This document shows, piece by piece, positions 29,937 through 39,446 of a stretch of 64,000 bases of DNA (positions are counted from its first letter, which is position 1; the number at the start of each line of letters is the position of its first letter). A model generated the notes under the pieces. The model saw only the letters and a list, made by a program, of their open reading frames with translations. It was not told the DNA's origin and made no database searches. Origin of the DNA: an uncultured Acidobacteriaceae bacterium (GTDB taxonomy: Bacteria > Acidobacteriota > Terriglobia > Terriglobales > Acidobacteriaceae); contig CAWGDP010000009.1 in NCBI GenBank assembly GCA_963821315.1, positions 89,454-153,453 of the forward strand. The letters run 5' to 3'. The position numbers and the translations under genes were made by a program.

Positions 29937-30027
29937 TCTGAGCCGATGGTTCTCGCGCAGGCGAGGGATCTGCGGTGGGCCCCGGCTCCCGCACAAAGGT
30001 CTCCGCTCCGTTAGTTCTCACGCAGAA

Positions 30028-30202
30028 TTGTCATCCCCTGTCCCGGACCTGCCGTGGAACCGGAGCGCAGCGTAGTGGAGGGACTGCTGTTTGCGTTGAT
30101 GGAGAAGCGGAACCCGAGGCGATTCGTCCACGTCACATTCGCTGTGTCCGAAGGTGAAACTGCAGGTCCCTCGCCTACGCTACACTCCACTCGGGATGAC
30201 AA
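30028..30202. repeat. REP-like elements of the tgtcatccc...gagggacctgc family (inverted pair); further copy at 55852..55885
   Basis: ttgtcatcccctgtcccggacctgcc... starts at 30028. The inverse, gaaactgcaggtccctcgcctacgctacactccactcgggatgacaa, is at 30157-30202. Confidence 0.6.
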
Positions 30203-30335
30203 AAATAGAGGGTAGCGGCCCACCTTGGCAGCAGTGGAGGTGGATGGACAGAGTCAACCAACGAGCGTCCCCACACCCTCCGAAGATTTTCCTTGTCACG
30301 CAAACCCGCTCTGTCGTCACGATCAACACAGACAG

Positions 30336-33300
30336 ATGCCGACAGCCAAGGACAGCAACGATTACATTGACCTCCTGCGCCAGCGGGTCAACGCGTATCT
30401 TGCCAGTAATCCGGCGCCATCCCATCTGCAGCGTCGGTTATCGAAAATAGACGTCGGCGCTCTCGAAGAGGATCCGGAGCTGCAGCAGTCTCTGGCCTAC
30501 CTGGTGCAGTACACGCCCAGCAAATGGCTGCTGGAGCAGGAGGCCGCGCTGCTGGCGGATAGGCGCGAGCTCCACGGGCAGACGATGTCCCGGTTCCGGC
30601 AGAGCGACCCCGACGAAGACATCTACGACTGGGCGCGAAAGCATCGGCTCACCGGCATGTGCTTCTCCGGCGGCGGTATTCGCAGCGCCACCTTCAACCT
30701 TGGGATTCTGCAGGGCCTGGCAGTCAAGGGCTGGCTCGATCAGGTCGACTACCTGTCGAGCGTCTCCGGAGGCGGCTACATTCACTCCTGGCTGGTAGCC
30801 TGGCTCAAGCGCAAGAGCACCTCACGCAAAGAACGCAATCTTCCCCAACCTGAGCTCACCGCCTGGCAGCACGTGATGAGCCGCCTGGTTCCCCTGCCAC
30901 ACCACGATCCGGGACAGCCATTTCAGGCGGTCTGGCCGAGCCAGATCCAATGGCTGCGCAGGTACAGCAACTACCTCACACCGCACAAAGGAGCATTCAC
31001 CGGCGATACCTGGTCCGCCGTCGCGTCCTGGATACGCAATGTGTCGGTGAACCAGGGACTGCTGATCTCGATCTTTCTTGCCGTGCTTTGTGTGCCCCAT
31101 CTGGTCGCGCCCAACGTTCATCTCCAGCCGTACCGGGCTACGGCCCCAACCACCAGCTCCGTGGTTTCATCGGCTACGGCGGGGGGAGCCACAACGACGC
31201 TCACCCTGGGTCTCGGTCCAGCCCAGCCGGTGCCAATCACCGTTGGCTTGGCCGCAACACCCACGGACTCCTTCGCGGACGTCTTTCGACGCTATGCGCG
31301 CCGGGACGTCCTCGCCATGCCCGTGGCCCCCTGGAGCAGAGCTGCGTTCCTGTTCTTTCTGCTGGCCGGCGTGAGCATCGGCAGGTTTCTGCGTGTCGAA
31401 TACTCCGGGTCTTTGCTCTGGAAAGAGGACGAACTGCCTGATCGGCGCGGAAACAGCTTGCGGGCAAGGTTTCGTCGTTGGCAGGTGATCTGGGCGAATG
31501 TGCTGATCGTGGCGCCCCTGCTGCTCTTCGGGCTCTGCCTGACCCATGTAAGCCTGAGTGATTCCGCCAGTTTCACGCTCAAGTTGTTTTTTCTGCTGGC
31601 CGCGCTGGTGTGGATTGAAACCTTTAGCGGAGGGGCGCTCTCCGAGACCGTGCGCCTGGAACAAGAGCGCCGGAAGGCGTTCTCCCCGCAGACCGAATGG
31701 CAGGCCCCCTTGTGGTGGAGAGCTGGTTGGGCGGCGGTGCTGGCTTTGCTGGCCGTGCCTGCGGCCATAGCCGGCGCCCTGATGGGGATGGCCATTGCTG
31801 CAGGGCTAAACTCCATCTGGATGCGGGATATAGCCCGTTGGCTCTTGCTCGACGACTCCACCTCGGTACAGCTGGTGTTGGGAACCTTGCTCTTCTCCTG
31901 GTTGCCGCCGCTGACCATGGTGCTGGCATCGGGAATGATCGGTAAAAATTTTCCCGGCTGGCTGGGAGAATGGCTGGCCAGAATCCGGGGCTACACCCTG
32001 CTCGCGGGCATCGGCTGGATCTTCCTTTTCGGATGTTCGCTGTGGACACCGGGAGCAGCCATCCACCTGTGGTACTCGCCCTGGATCAAGTGGCCGGCCA
32101 TTCTCACCTGGACAGGCACCACCCTGGGCGGCGTTCTGGGCGGCAAGAGCAGCAAGACCGACGGCAGCGCCGCGGGCGGTTCGAGCGGGCCACTGGAATG
32201 GATTGTGATGGTCGCGCCGTATGTGTACATCAGCGGGCTGGCGATTCTGCTTTCGCTGGCGTTGCAGTGGGGCAGCCAGCTGATTCCATCCCAGACCTTC
32301 CCCCTGGGCAAGCTTGGCGTGTGGATCGCGCTCATCCTTTTCTTTGCCGGCTTCGCCGCCTTGCTGGGCTGGCGGCTCGACATCAACCAGTTCTCCATGC
32401 ACACCTTTTATCGCAACCGGTTGACCCGCTGCTACCTGGGCGCTTCCAACAAGAAGAGAAATCCCAGCCCCATTACCGGATTCGATGAGCGCGACAGCAA
32501 CGATCTATCCATTGACACCTTGACGCCGGCCAAGGGATACCCGGGTCCCATGCCTATCTTTTGCTGCGCCATGAACATCACCACCGGCGAAAATCTGGCA
32601 TGGCAGGAGCGCAAGGCGGCCTCCTTCGCCTTTACCCCGCTCTACAGCGGTTACACCGTAGGCTGGACCGAGTGGCGGAAAAACCTGCGCTTCAACGGTT
32701 TCGTTCCCACCGCCATGCTTTATCCGGGCGGACCCAACGTGGCCACGGCGGTGGCGGCTTCCGGGGCGGCGCTCAGTCCTAACTGGGGTTACCACACCAA
32801 GCCGGCGACGGCCTTCCTGATGACCATGTTCGATGTCCGCCTCGGCCTCTGGGTGCCCAATCCGCGGCGTTCGGCGGTAGCCGGCCAGCGGGTCGATGCC
32901 GCTGCGTGTGATGTGCCCCCTTCTTCTCCCAGTTTTGCTCCGTTCCGGATGCTGAGCGAACTGCTGGGCAGCGTCGACGATACCTCAAGGTACGTGTACC
33001 TGACCGATGGCGGCCACTTCGACAATATGGGCCTGTACGAGTTGGTAAGACGGCGCTGCCACCGCATCCTCATCTGCGATGCGGAACAGGACGGCAACTA
33101 CACCTACGAGGGGATCGGCGATGCCATTCGCAAGTGCCGCATCGACTTCGGCGTGGCCATCAATCTTGACCTGGCCGGCCTATCGCCCAACCAGGAAAGC
33201 AAGCTAAGCGGGGCGCACATGGTGCGCGGAACCATACGCTACCCGGAAACTCTGCCCGGAGAGGACGGCGAAGTGATCTATATCAAAGCCTCGCTCACCT

Positions 33301-33512
33301 GCAGGGCGCCGCTGGGCAGCCCGCCCCAGACCGCGGGTACCGTGGAGCTGCCCGATGTTCCCGGCGACGTGCAGAACTACAAGCTCCAACATAAGGATTT
33401 TCCCCATGACTCAACCGCGGAGCAATGGTTTACGGAATCGCAGTTTGAAAGCTACCGGCGCCTGGGCCAACGCGTGGTGGCGAGAATCGACCGCTTGTTC
33501 ACTCAGCAGTAA
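30336..33512 (+). CDS. patatin-like phospholipase with a large polytopic membrane insertion (about 1058 aa)
   Basis: ORF 30225..33512. I prefer the ATG at 30336, because the upstream codons run into REP sequence. Oxyanion motif: GMCFSGGGIRSATFNLG. Nucleophile motif: YLSSVSGGGYI. About 750 residues separate that Ser from the catalytic-Asp motif YVYLTDGGHFDNMGLYEL, and this stretch contains many hydrophobic helices (e.g. LLISIFLAVLCVPHLVA, AAFLFFLLAGVSIG, VIWANVLIVAPLLLFGLCL, FFLLAALVWIETF, WAAVLALLAVPAAIAGALMGMAIAAGL). Confidence 0.75.
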   Translation: MPTAKDSNDYIDLLRQRVNAYLASNPAPSHLQRRLSKIDVGALEEDPELQQSLAYLVQYTPSKWLLEQEAALLADRRELHGQTMSRFRQSDPDEDIYDWARKHRLTGMCFSGGGIRSATFNLGILQGLAVKGWLDQVDYLSSVSGGGYIHSWLVAWLKRKSTSRKERNLPQPELTAWQHVMSRLVPLPHHDPGQPFQAVWPSQIQWLRRYSNYLTPHKGAFTGDTWSAVASWIRNVSVNQGLLISIFLAVLCVPHLVAPNVHLQPYRATAPTTSSVVSSATAGGATTTLTLGLGPAQPVPITVGLAATPTDSFADVFRRYARRDVLAMPVAPWSRAAFLFFLLAGVSIGRFLRVEYSGSLLWKEDELPDRRGNSLRARFRRWQVIWANVLIVAPLLLFGLCLTHVSLSDSASFTLKLFFLLAALVWIETFSGGALSETVRLEQERRKAFSPQTEWQAPLWWRAGWAAVLALLAVPAAIAGALMGMAIAAGLNSIWMRDIARWLLLDDSTSVQLVLGTLLFSWLPPLTMVLASGMIGKNFPGWLGEWLARIRGYTLLAGIGWIFLFGCSLWTPGAAIHLWYSPWIKWPAILTWTGTTLGGVLGGKSSKTDGSAAGGSSGPLEWIVMVAPYVYISGLAILLSLALQWGSQLIPSQTFPLGKLGVWIALILFFAGFAALLGWRLDINQFSMHTFYRNRLTRCYLGASNKKRNPSPITGFDERDSNDLSIDTLTPAKGYPGPMPIFCCAMNITTGENLAWQERKAASFAFTPLYSGYTVGWTEWRKNLRFNGFVPTAMLYPGGPNVATAVAASGAALSPNWGYHTKPATAFLMTMFDVRLGLWVPNPRRSAVAGQRVDAAACDVPPSSPSFAPFRMLSELLGSVDDTSRYVYLTDGGHFDNMGLYELVRRRCHRILICDAEQDGNYTYEGIGDAIRKCRIDFGVAINLDLAGLSPNQESKLSGAHMVRGTIRYPETLPGEDGEVIYIKASLTCRAPLGSPPQTAGTVELPDVPGDVQNYKLQHKDFPHDSTAEQWFTESQFESYRRLGQRVVARIDRLFTQQ

Positions 33513-34510
33513 AGGGATTGGTCTCGTTGGGCTTCGCCATGGTGGGGTCGGGGGGGGCCTGCGCCACTTCAGCCTCAGGCTTCGCGGTTTGGCCGGTGCC
33601 GCTGAGCACGCGATAGGGGCTGCCCGGCAGCAGATGGTACTCCTCCAGCGCCAGGCGGATACGGCGCTGCATCTCGCGCATGGCGTCGAATTGCTTGCGC
33701 GGCAGCGTCCTGATCTGGATGGGATAGATGACCTCGGTGCCCTTGATGGAATCCACCCCGAAGACCTGCGGATCGGCGACAAAAACGTCCTTGAAGGCCG
33801 GTTCGTTGCGGACTTCCAGCGCGATCTTCTTCAACAGCGGGATCACCTGGTCAGGATTGGCGGAGAAGTCGACCGAGACGTTCAGGGTGCTGATGGAGTA
33901 GTCCCGGCTTTGGTTGGCCACATTGGTGATCTGGCTGTTGGGAATGATGTAGAGCGTGCCGTCAAAGCCACGGACGTGGGTGCGTGCGCAGGGTCATGGA
34001 ATCCACGGTGCCGGTCATTCCGGCCAGGGTGACGACGTCGCCCACGTTGTACTGGTCCTCAATCAGGATCAGGATGCCGTTGAGCACATCTTTTACAATG
34101 GTCTGCGCCGCCAGGCCGATCGCCACGCCCGCGACCCCCGCGCTGGCCAGAAGCGGGCTCAGGTTGAAATGCAGAACATTCTCCATGATCTGGAGCAATG
34201 CCAGGATAGCCACGATGACGATGCCGGTGGCGCGGATGACCGTAGCCAGGGTGCGCAATTGGGCGCCGCGGACGACCCCCAGGGTGTCTCGCCGCTCGGC
34301 GACCTTCATGACACGGCCGGTGAGGAAGTTGACCAGCAGGATGAGTGCCCAGGCGTAGAGGGCGATGAACAACAGTTTGGGCAGGCCGGCGCGGACGAAA
34401 TCCTGCACGTCGGAGAGCCATTCCTGATCCAGGGCGCGAACAAACGAAGGTGCTGACGGAAGCCTTTCGAAGAGAGAGACGAGGGGGAAAATGGTGGCGT
34501 ACACTGGCAC
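33499..34510 (-). pseudogene. MscS-family mechanosensitive channel, frame-disrupted
   Basis: Fragment 33962..34510 reads ..LLASAGVAGVAIGLAAQTIVKDVLNGILILIEDQYNVGDVVTLAGMTGTVDSMTLRT. Fragment 33499..33921 continues the protein. The junction is at about 33978-33985: ..LRT(T)HVRGFDGTLYIIPNSQITNVANQSRDYS... The 3' end overlaps the convergent patatin gene by 14 nt. Confidence 0.8.
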
Positions 34511-34513
34511 CCT

Positions 34514-35283
34514 ATGATCCTACTTGAGCGGTGGATAATTGCGGTCATCCTGAGTGTTGGGCTGGTCTCGACGGGCAGCGCCCGCGCTCAGTCGTCCGCC
34601 GAGTACCAGGTGGAGCCGGCTAAGCCGGATCTGGCTACGGCGGATCGGGCGCAGCCGGATCAAGCGCCCGCTCAGGATCAAACTCAGCCGGATCAGCCCG
34701 CTGCGGATCAGGCCACTTCGGATCAGGCCACGCCGGAGGAGCCTGCTGCGGATCAGGCCACTTCGGATCAAGCTCGCCGGATCAGCCCGCTGCGGATCAG
34801 GCCACTTCGGATCAGGCTAAGCCGGAGGAACCTGCTGCGGATCAGGCCACTTCGGATCAGGCTAAGCCGGAGGAACCTGCTGCGGATCAGGCCACTTCGG
34901 ATCAGGCTAAGCCCGAGGAACCTGCTGCGGATCAGGCTGTATCAGATCAGGCCAAGCCCGAGGAGCCCGCTGCGGATCAGGCTGCATCAGGTCAGGCCAA
35001 GCCCGAGGAGCCCGCCAAGCCGGACCAACCTGAGGTGAATCAACCGGCGGCAAAGCAGGTGGTGGCCACCCCGCCTGCTACCCCGGAGGAACAACAACTT
35101 CAGAAAGAGACAACCCGCCTGCTGCAGTTGGTGAAGGAGTTGAAGGTTGAGGTAGCGAAGGCGGGAAGCAACACCTTGTCGTTGGCCGCTGTGCGCAAGG
35201 CCGACGAGGTGCTGAAACTCAGCAAAGACCTCAAAGAAAGAATGAAAGAACGGGGGCTAGTCCCTCAAAGCAGAGCTCAGTGA
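34514..35283 (+). pseudogene. secreted acidic Pro/Ala/Asp/Gln-rich repeat protein with a C-terminal helical domain, frame-disrupted
   Basis: Signal peptide: MILLERWIIAVILSVGLVSTGSARA. The frame is lost at about 34774, where gctc-gccgg appears to lack a base relative to the earlier cagccggatcagccc. The correct frame reads (AADQATSDQAKPEEP)n ...AKPDQPEVNQPAAKQ and runs into track ORF 35035..35283. The Arg-rich track translation (RIRPLRIR...) is the out-of-frame reading. Confidence 0.6.
34744..35013. repeat. 45-bp tandem repeat, about 5.7 copies, coding for a 15-aa unit
   Basis: The unit is gctgcggatcaggccacttcggatcaggctaagccggaggaacct. Unit starts are at 34789, 34834, 34879, 34924 and 34969, with a partial copy from 34744. 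The last two copies are diverged (AVSDQ, AASGQ). Confidence 0.9.
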
Positions 35284-35290
35284 GGGTGAA

Positions 35291-35683
35291 GTGGGCTTTT
35301 TATCGCGAATCCGGGTGTGGGCAGTGATCGTGATGCTGGGGGGAGTCTTGCTGGCGGCGCCCTCCTTGTCCAGGGCGCAAACGCAATTTCCTTCCGCCGT
35401 ACCAGCTCCCAATGACCCACAGGGCGTGTTCAGCCGCGACCGCGCAAGTGGGGAAGAACCCTATGCCACCCACGAAATACAGCAGCGGCAACTCAAGCGG
35501 CTCCGGCAAGAACATCAGCAAGAGCTCATCGACGACACCGATCGCCTGGTGAAGCTGGCGACCGTCTTGAAGGAAGAAGTGGACAAGGGAAATGAAGCCA
35601 CGGCGCCGACCGACGTCCTGAAGCAGACCGACGAGATCTCCAAGCTGGCCAAGAAGGTCAGCGACCGCATCAAGAACCAATAG
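35291..35683 (+). CDS. secreted hypothetical protein (130 aa), paralogous in its C-terminal domain to 34514..35283
   Basis: ORF 35291..35683 with a GTG start. Signal peptide: VWAVIVMLGGVLLAAPSLSRA. The C-terminus TDRLVKLATVLKEEVDKGNEATAPTDVLKQTDEISKLAKKVSDRIK parallels TTRLLQLVKELKVEVAKAGSNTLSLAAVRKADEVLKLSKDLKERMK of the preceding gene. Confidence 0.6.
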   Translation: MGFLSRIRVWAVIVMLGGVLLAAPSLSRAQTQFPSAVPAPNDPQGVFSRDRASGEEPYATHEIQQRQLKRLRQEHQQELIDDTDRLVKLATVLKEEVDKGNEATAPTDVLKQTDEISKLAKKVSDRIKNQ

Positions 35684-35694
35684 GGTGACTGGCA

Positions 35695-37380
35695 ATGGTT
35701 AGGAATCTTACCGCCTGGACACCCAAGTCCCTGGTCGCCCTGCGCGACTACAGCGGGAAAAAATTCGGGGCAGACCTGGCGGCAGGCGTTACCGTGGGGC
35801 TGGTCGCCTTGCCGCTCTCCATGGCGTTTGCCATCGCCTCCGGGGCGCCTCCGGAGGCCGGGCTCTACACCGCGGTGGTCGCCGGGTTCGCCATTTCCGC
35901 CCTGGGCGGGTCGCGTAACCAGATCGGCGGGCCGACCGGCGCGTTTGTCGTCATCATCTCCGGCATCCTGGCTCGCTATGGCTTCAATGGTCTGCTGATC
36001 TGCACCATCATGGCCGGCATCCTGCTTATCCTGCTGGGAGCCACCGGCCTGGGGGCGGCGGTCAAGTTCATACCCCGGCCGGTGATCGTGGGCTTTACCA
36101 ACGGCATCGCCATCCTCATCGCCAGCACCCAGATCAAAGACTTCTTCGGATTGCGCACCGGGCCGGTGCCCGGGGATTTTGTGGGCCGCATGCGGGTGGT
36201 GCTGGAGAATGCACACACCGTTTCGCTGACCACTACCCTGTTGGCCGGCGCCTCACTGCTGCTGATCATCTTGACCAGACGCTGGCTGCCGCGGGTGCCC
36301 GGCTACATCGTGGCATTAGTCGCAGCCACGGTTACCGTCTACTTCCTGCACCTGCCGCTGGAGACCGTGGGCACGCGCTTCGGGGGTATCCCTTCGGGCT
36401 TTCCCCGTTTCCATGTTCCGGTCTTCGATTACAGCACCGTGAGGATGCTGATCTCCCCCGCCATTACGGTTGCTCTGCTGGGAGCGATCGAGTCGCTGAT
36501 GTCGGCTGTGGTCGCCGACCGCATGAGCGGTGATCAGCACAATCCCAATGTCGAACTCACGGCGCAGGGCATCGCCAATATCCTCTCCCCACTCTTCGGA
36601 GGGTTACCGGCCACCGGCGCCATTGCCCGTACCGCGACCAGCATCCGTAGCGGAGCGGTGAGCCCGGTGGCGGGCATGGTCCACGCGCTTACGGTGCTCG
36701 CGGTGCTGCTCTTCGCCTCTGGATTGGCCAAGTTCATCCCCCTGGCAGTACTCTCCGCCATCCTGATGGTGGTCTGCTACAACATGGGCGAGTGGCATGA
36801 GATACCGCAGATTCTGAAGCTCTCGAAACTGGAGATCGGAGTGTGGTTGACGACGCTGCTGCTGACTGTGTTCGCCGACCTTACGGTAGCGGTCGAGGGG
36901 GGAATGATTCTTGCCGCGCTGGTCTTTATCCGCAAGGTGACTCTCACCACCACGGTCTCCCGCGTGACCGAGGATGATCTCGAAGACGGACGAATGCATG
37001 TGCTGCAGGGTAGGGATATTCCGCCCTTCGTGGCGATTTATCGCATTCACGGACCGTTTCTTTTTGGCGCCACGGAGAAGATCGACGAGATTCGCCGCGA
37101 GCTGCCTGCGCTGCCGCCGATCGTGGTGCTGCGCTTGCGCAATATGACGGCGCTTGATTCGACCGGGCTGCAGGCGCTGGAACGGCTGGCGCTTGAGGTC
37201 CGCGGTTCGGGGCGAACCTTGCTGCTGTGCGGTGCGCGGGAGCAGCCCGCGCGTTTGATGACGCAGGTTGAATTTGCCCAGCATGTGGGCCAGGAAAATA
37301 TCTGCGCCCATGTAACCGCGGCCCTGGTGCGCGCCCATGCGATTCACGACCAGGCGACGAGCGGAGCGCTGGTTCCCTAG
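35695..37380 (+). CDS. SulP-family anion (sulfate/bicarbonate) transporter with C-terminal STAS domain
   Basis: ORF 35695..37380, 561 aa. SulP-like segments as I recall them: GVTVGLVALPLSMAFAIASG, GPTGAFVVI, and a STAS-like tail (VVLRLRNMTALDSTGLQALERL). Confidence 0.85.
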   Translation: MVRNLTAWTPKSLVALRDYSGKKFGADLAAGVTVGLVALPLSMAFAIASGAPPEAGLYTAVVAGFAISALGGSRNQIGGPTGAFVVIISGILARYGFNGLLICTIMAGILLILLGATGLGAAVKFIPRPVIVGFTNGIAILIASTQIKDFFGLRTGPVPGDFVGRMRVVLENAHTVSLTTTLLAGASLLLIILTRRWLPRVPGYIVALVAATVTVYFLHLPLETVGTRFGGIPSGFPRFHVPVFDYSTVRMLISPAITVALLGAIESLMSAVVADRMSGDQHNPNVELTAQGIANILSPLFGGLPATGAIARTATSIRSGAVSPVAGMVHALTVLAVLLFASGLAKFIPLAVLSAILMVVCYNMGEWHEIPQILKLSKLEIGVWLTTLLLTVFADLTVAVEGGMILAALVFIRKVTLTTTVSRVTEDDLEDGRMHVLQGRDIPPFVAIYRIHGPFLFGATEKIDEIRRELPALPPIVVLRLRNMTALDSTGLQALERLALEVRGSGRTLLLCGAREQPARLMTQVEFAQHVGQENICAHVTAALVRAHAIHDQATSGALVP

Positions 37381-37382
37381 AC

Positions 37383-38360
37383 ATGCAGAAAATCTATCTC
37401 GGCGTTGACGTGGGTGGTACCAAGACCGCGGTCGTGCTTTCTGCGCGGCCTCCGGAAACTTTAGGACGCGTGGAGTTCGCGACCATGCCGGAGCGGGGAC
37501 CGCAGCATGCTCTCGATCGCATCGTGGAATCGGCGCACAGCTTGTTGGCCCAGCAGGGCCTGGGCCAGGAATCGATTGCCGCCATCGGCGTTAGTTGTGG
37601 CAGCCCGCTCGATCGGGTGAAAGGAATCGTCCAGGCGCCCCCCAATCTGCCTACCTGGGTGGATGTGCCTATTTGCCGTTTGCTGGGTGAGGCTTTCCAC
37701 GCTACCTGCCGCCTGGAGAACGATGCCAACGCAGGCGCGGTGGCGGAACATCGATTCGGCGCCGGCATGGGCACCGAGCATATGGTCTTTCTTACCCTGG
37801 GTACGGGCCTGGGTGCGGGCATCATCGCCGCCGGCAGCCTGTACCTGGGAGCCAATGGGGATGCGGGCGAGATAGGTCATGTGCGGCTCAGCCCGACGGG
37901 ACCGGTCGGCTACCACAAGGCGGGGTCGATCGAAGGCTGGTCCAGCGGCGGTGGTATTGCGCAACTTGCCGCGCGCATGTTGGCGCAAGCGGAAAAGCGC
38001 GGCCGCTCCAGCATCTTGCACGCGCAGATGGCCAATGGCGGGTTGACGGCGCGCGACGTAGGCCAGGCGGCACAGGCTGGGGATGCGGTTGCGCTCAGCA
38101 TTCTGCGCACCTCTGGAACGCGCCTGGGTCAGGCGCTTGCCATGCTGATCGACGTGCTGAACCCGCAGCGCATTGTGCTCGGCGGATTGGCCTGGCGCAT
38201 GGGCGAGAACTTGCTCGCGCCCATGCGCAGAACGATCGCACGCGAGGCCTTGCCACAAACGTTGAGAGCTTGTGAAATTGTTCCCGCCGCATTAGGAGAG
38301 AAGATCGGCGATGTGTCCGCATTGTGTGTAGCCATGGGACTGGAAGGACGCACGGGTTAG
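37383..38360 (+). CDS. ROK-family sugar kinase / regulator-like protein
   Basis: ORF 37383..38360. Motifs: YLGVDVGGTKTAVVL, NDANAGAVAEHRFGAG and GDAGEIGHV. The Cys-rich ROK zinc motif is not obvious. Confidence 0.7.
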   Translation: MQKIYLGVDVGGTKTAVVLSARPPETLGRVEFATMPERGPQHALDRIVESAHSLLAQQGLGQESIAAIGVSCGSPLDRVKGIVQAPPNLPTWVDVPICRLLGEAFHATCRLENDANAGAVAEHRFGAGMGTEHMVFLTLGTGLGAGIIAAGSLYLGANGDAGEIGHVRLSPTGPVGYHKAGSIEGWSSGGGIAQLAARMLAQAEKRGRSSILHAQMANGGLTARDVGQAAQAGDAVALSILRTSGTRLGQALAMLIDVLNPQRIVLGGLAWRMGENLLAPMRRTIAREALPQTLRACEIVPAALGEKIGDVSALCVAMGLEGRTG

Positions 38361-38388
38361 AATCAAGCTTTAGAAAAAGGGGAATTGG

Positions 38389-39132
38389 ATGAGTGGACGA
38401 CTGGCTGGAAAGACCGCTGTGGTCACGGCCGCAGGACAGGGAATTGGCAGGGCGACGGCGATTGCCTTTGCCCGCGAAGGCGCCGCTGTGTGGGCCACGG
38501 ATATCAATCGCGCGGCACTCGATACGCTCGCCGCGGAGCAACCGCAAATGGTTTGCCGCGAACTCAATGTGCGCAACCCCGCGGAGATAGAACAACTCGC
38601 AGCCGAGCTGCCGGAGCCTCACATTTTGTTTAACTGCGCCGGCTTCGTGCATCACGGCACCATCCTCGACTGCAAAGAAGAGGATTGGGAGTTTTCCTTC
38701 GATTTGAATGTGCGCTCGATGTATCGCACCTGTCGCGCGTTTTTGCCCGGCATGTTACGTGCGGGGCGGGGAAGCATCGTCAATATGGCTTCCATCGCGT
38801 CCAGTATCCGGGGTGTGCCCAACAGGTTTGTCTACACCAGTTCGAAGGCCGCGGTGGTGGGCTTGACCAAGGCGATTGCCATCGACTTTGTGCGCCAGGG
38901 TATCCGCTGCAATGCCATTTGTCCGGGAACGGTTCAGTCGCCTTCGCTCGATGGGCGTATTGCCGCGCAGGGCGATGCGGAGCAGGTACGCCGTGAATTT
39001 ATCGCGCGCCAACCCATGGGCCGGTTAGGCCGGCCAGAAGAGGTCGCCGAACTGGCGGTGTATCTGGCATCGGATGAGTCCAGCTTCACCACTGGCCAAA
39101 CGCACGTGATCGACGGCGGCTGGAATATCTGA
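38389..39132 (+). CDS. SDR-family oxidoreductase
   Basis: ORF 38389..39132. Motifs: VVTAAGQGIGRA (TGxxxGIG-type), NMASIAS and YTSSKAAV (YxxxK). Confidence 0.85.
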   Translation: MSGRLAGKTAVVTAAGQGIGRATAIAFAREGAAVWATDINRAALDTLAAEQPQMVCRELNVRNPAEIEQLAAELPEPHILFNCAGFVHHGTILDCKEEDWEFSFDLNVRSMYRTCRAFLPGMLRAGRGSIVNMASIASSIRGVPNRFVYTSSKAAVVGLTKAIAIDFVRQGIRCNAICPGTVQSPSLDGRIAAQGDAEQVRREFIARQPMGRLGRPEEVAELAVYLASDESSFTTGQTHVIDGGWNI

Positions 39133-39209
39133 TTGGGTTGGTTGGGGGTAATGTTACCGGGCTTCGCAAAACCACCGCGCAGGATAATGGCCCGGTAACA
39201 TTCTCTCCT

Positions 39210-39446
39210 TTAGACTTGAGCTTTTCTTGCCTTCGCCCAGCGCTTGCGTTGTGCAGCGGCGATCTTCTTACGAGCTTCCACGCTCAGTACGCGCTTGCCC
39301 TTGACCTTAGGCGCTGCCGAACCATTCATGGAGCCCGCAACAGCACTCCGGCTATGACCATTGGTCGTACCTTGCAACAAAGCCTTCACTTGCTGCAGTC
39401 GCGAAATTTCACTGTTGATGTGCTCTAAGATCTCTTTTGTATTCAA
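39210..39446 (-). CDS. small basic protein (78 aa), paralogue of 21853..22116
   Basis: Within ORF 39210..39491. I prefer the TTG at 39446, which has GGAGA 7 nt upstream. Sequence: (M)NTKEILEHINSEISRLQQVKALL...LSVEARKKIAAAQRKRWAKARKAQV. Confidence 0.5.
   Translation of the reverse strand: MNTKEILEHINSEISRLQQVKALLQGTTNGHSRSAVAGSMNGSAAPKVKGKRVLSVEARKKIAAAQRKRWAKARKAQV

Noticed and set aside
30225-30335. Upstream 37 codons of the patatin ORF
   Set aside because: They run directly out of REP sequence (30157-30202) and read poorly (MAAVEVDGQSQPTSVPTPSEDFPCHANPLCRHDQHRQ). I prefer the ATG at 30336, without strong proof.
34770-35038. Arg-rich repeat protein (..RRISPLRIRPLRIRLSRRNLLRIRPL..) in track ORF 34514..35038
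   Set aside because: This is an out-of-frame reading of the 45-bp tandem repeat after a 1-nt frame break near 34774. The alternative frame gives the acidic AADQATSDQAKPEEP repeat, which is continuous with both the N-terminal part and the downstream ORF.
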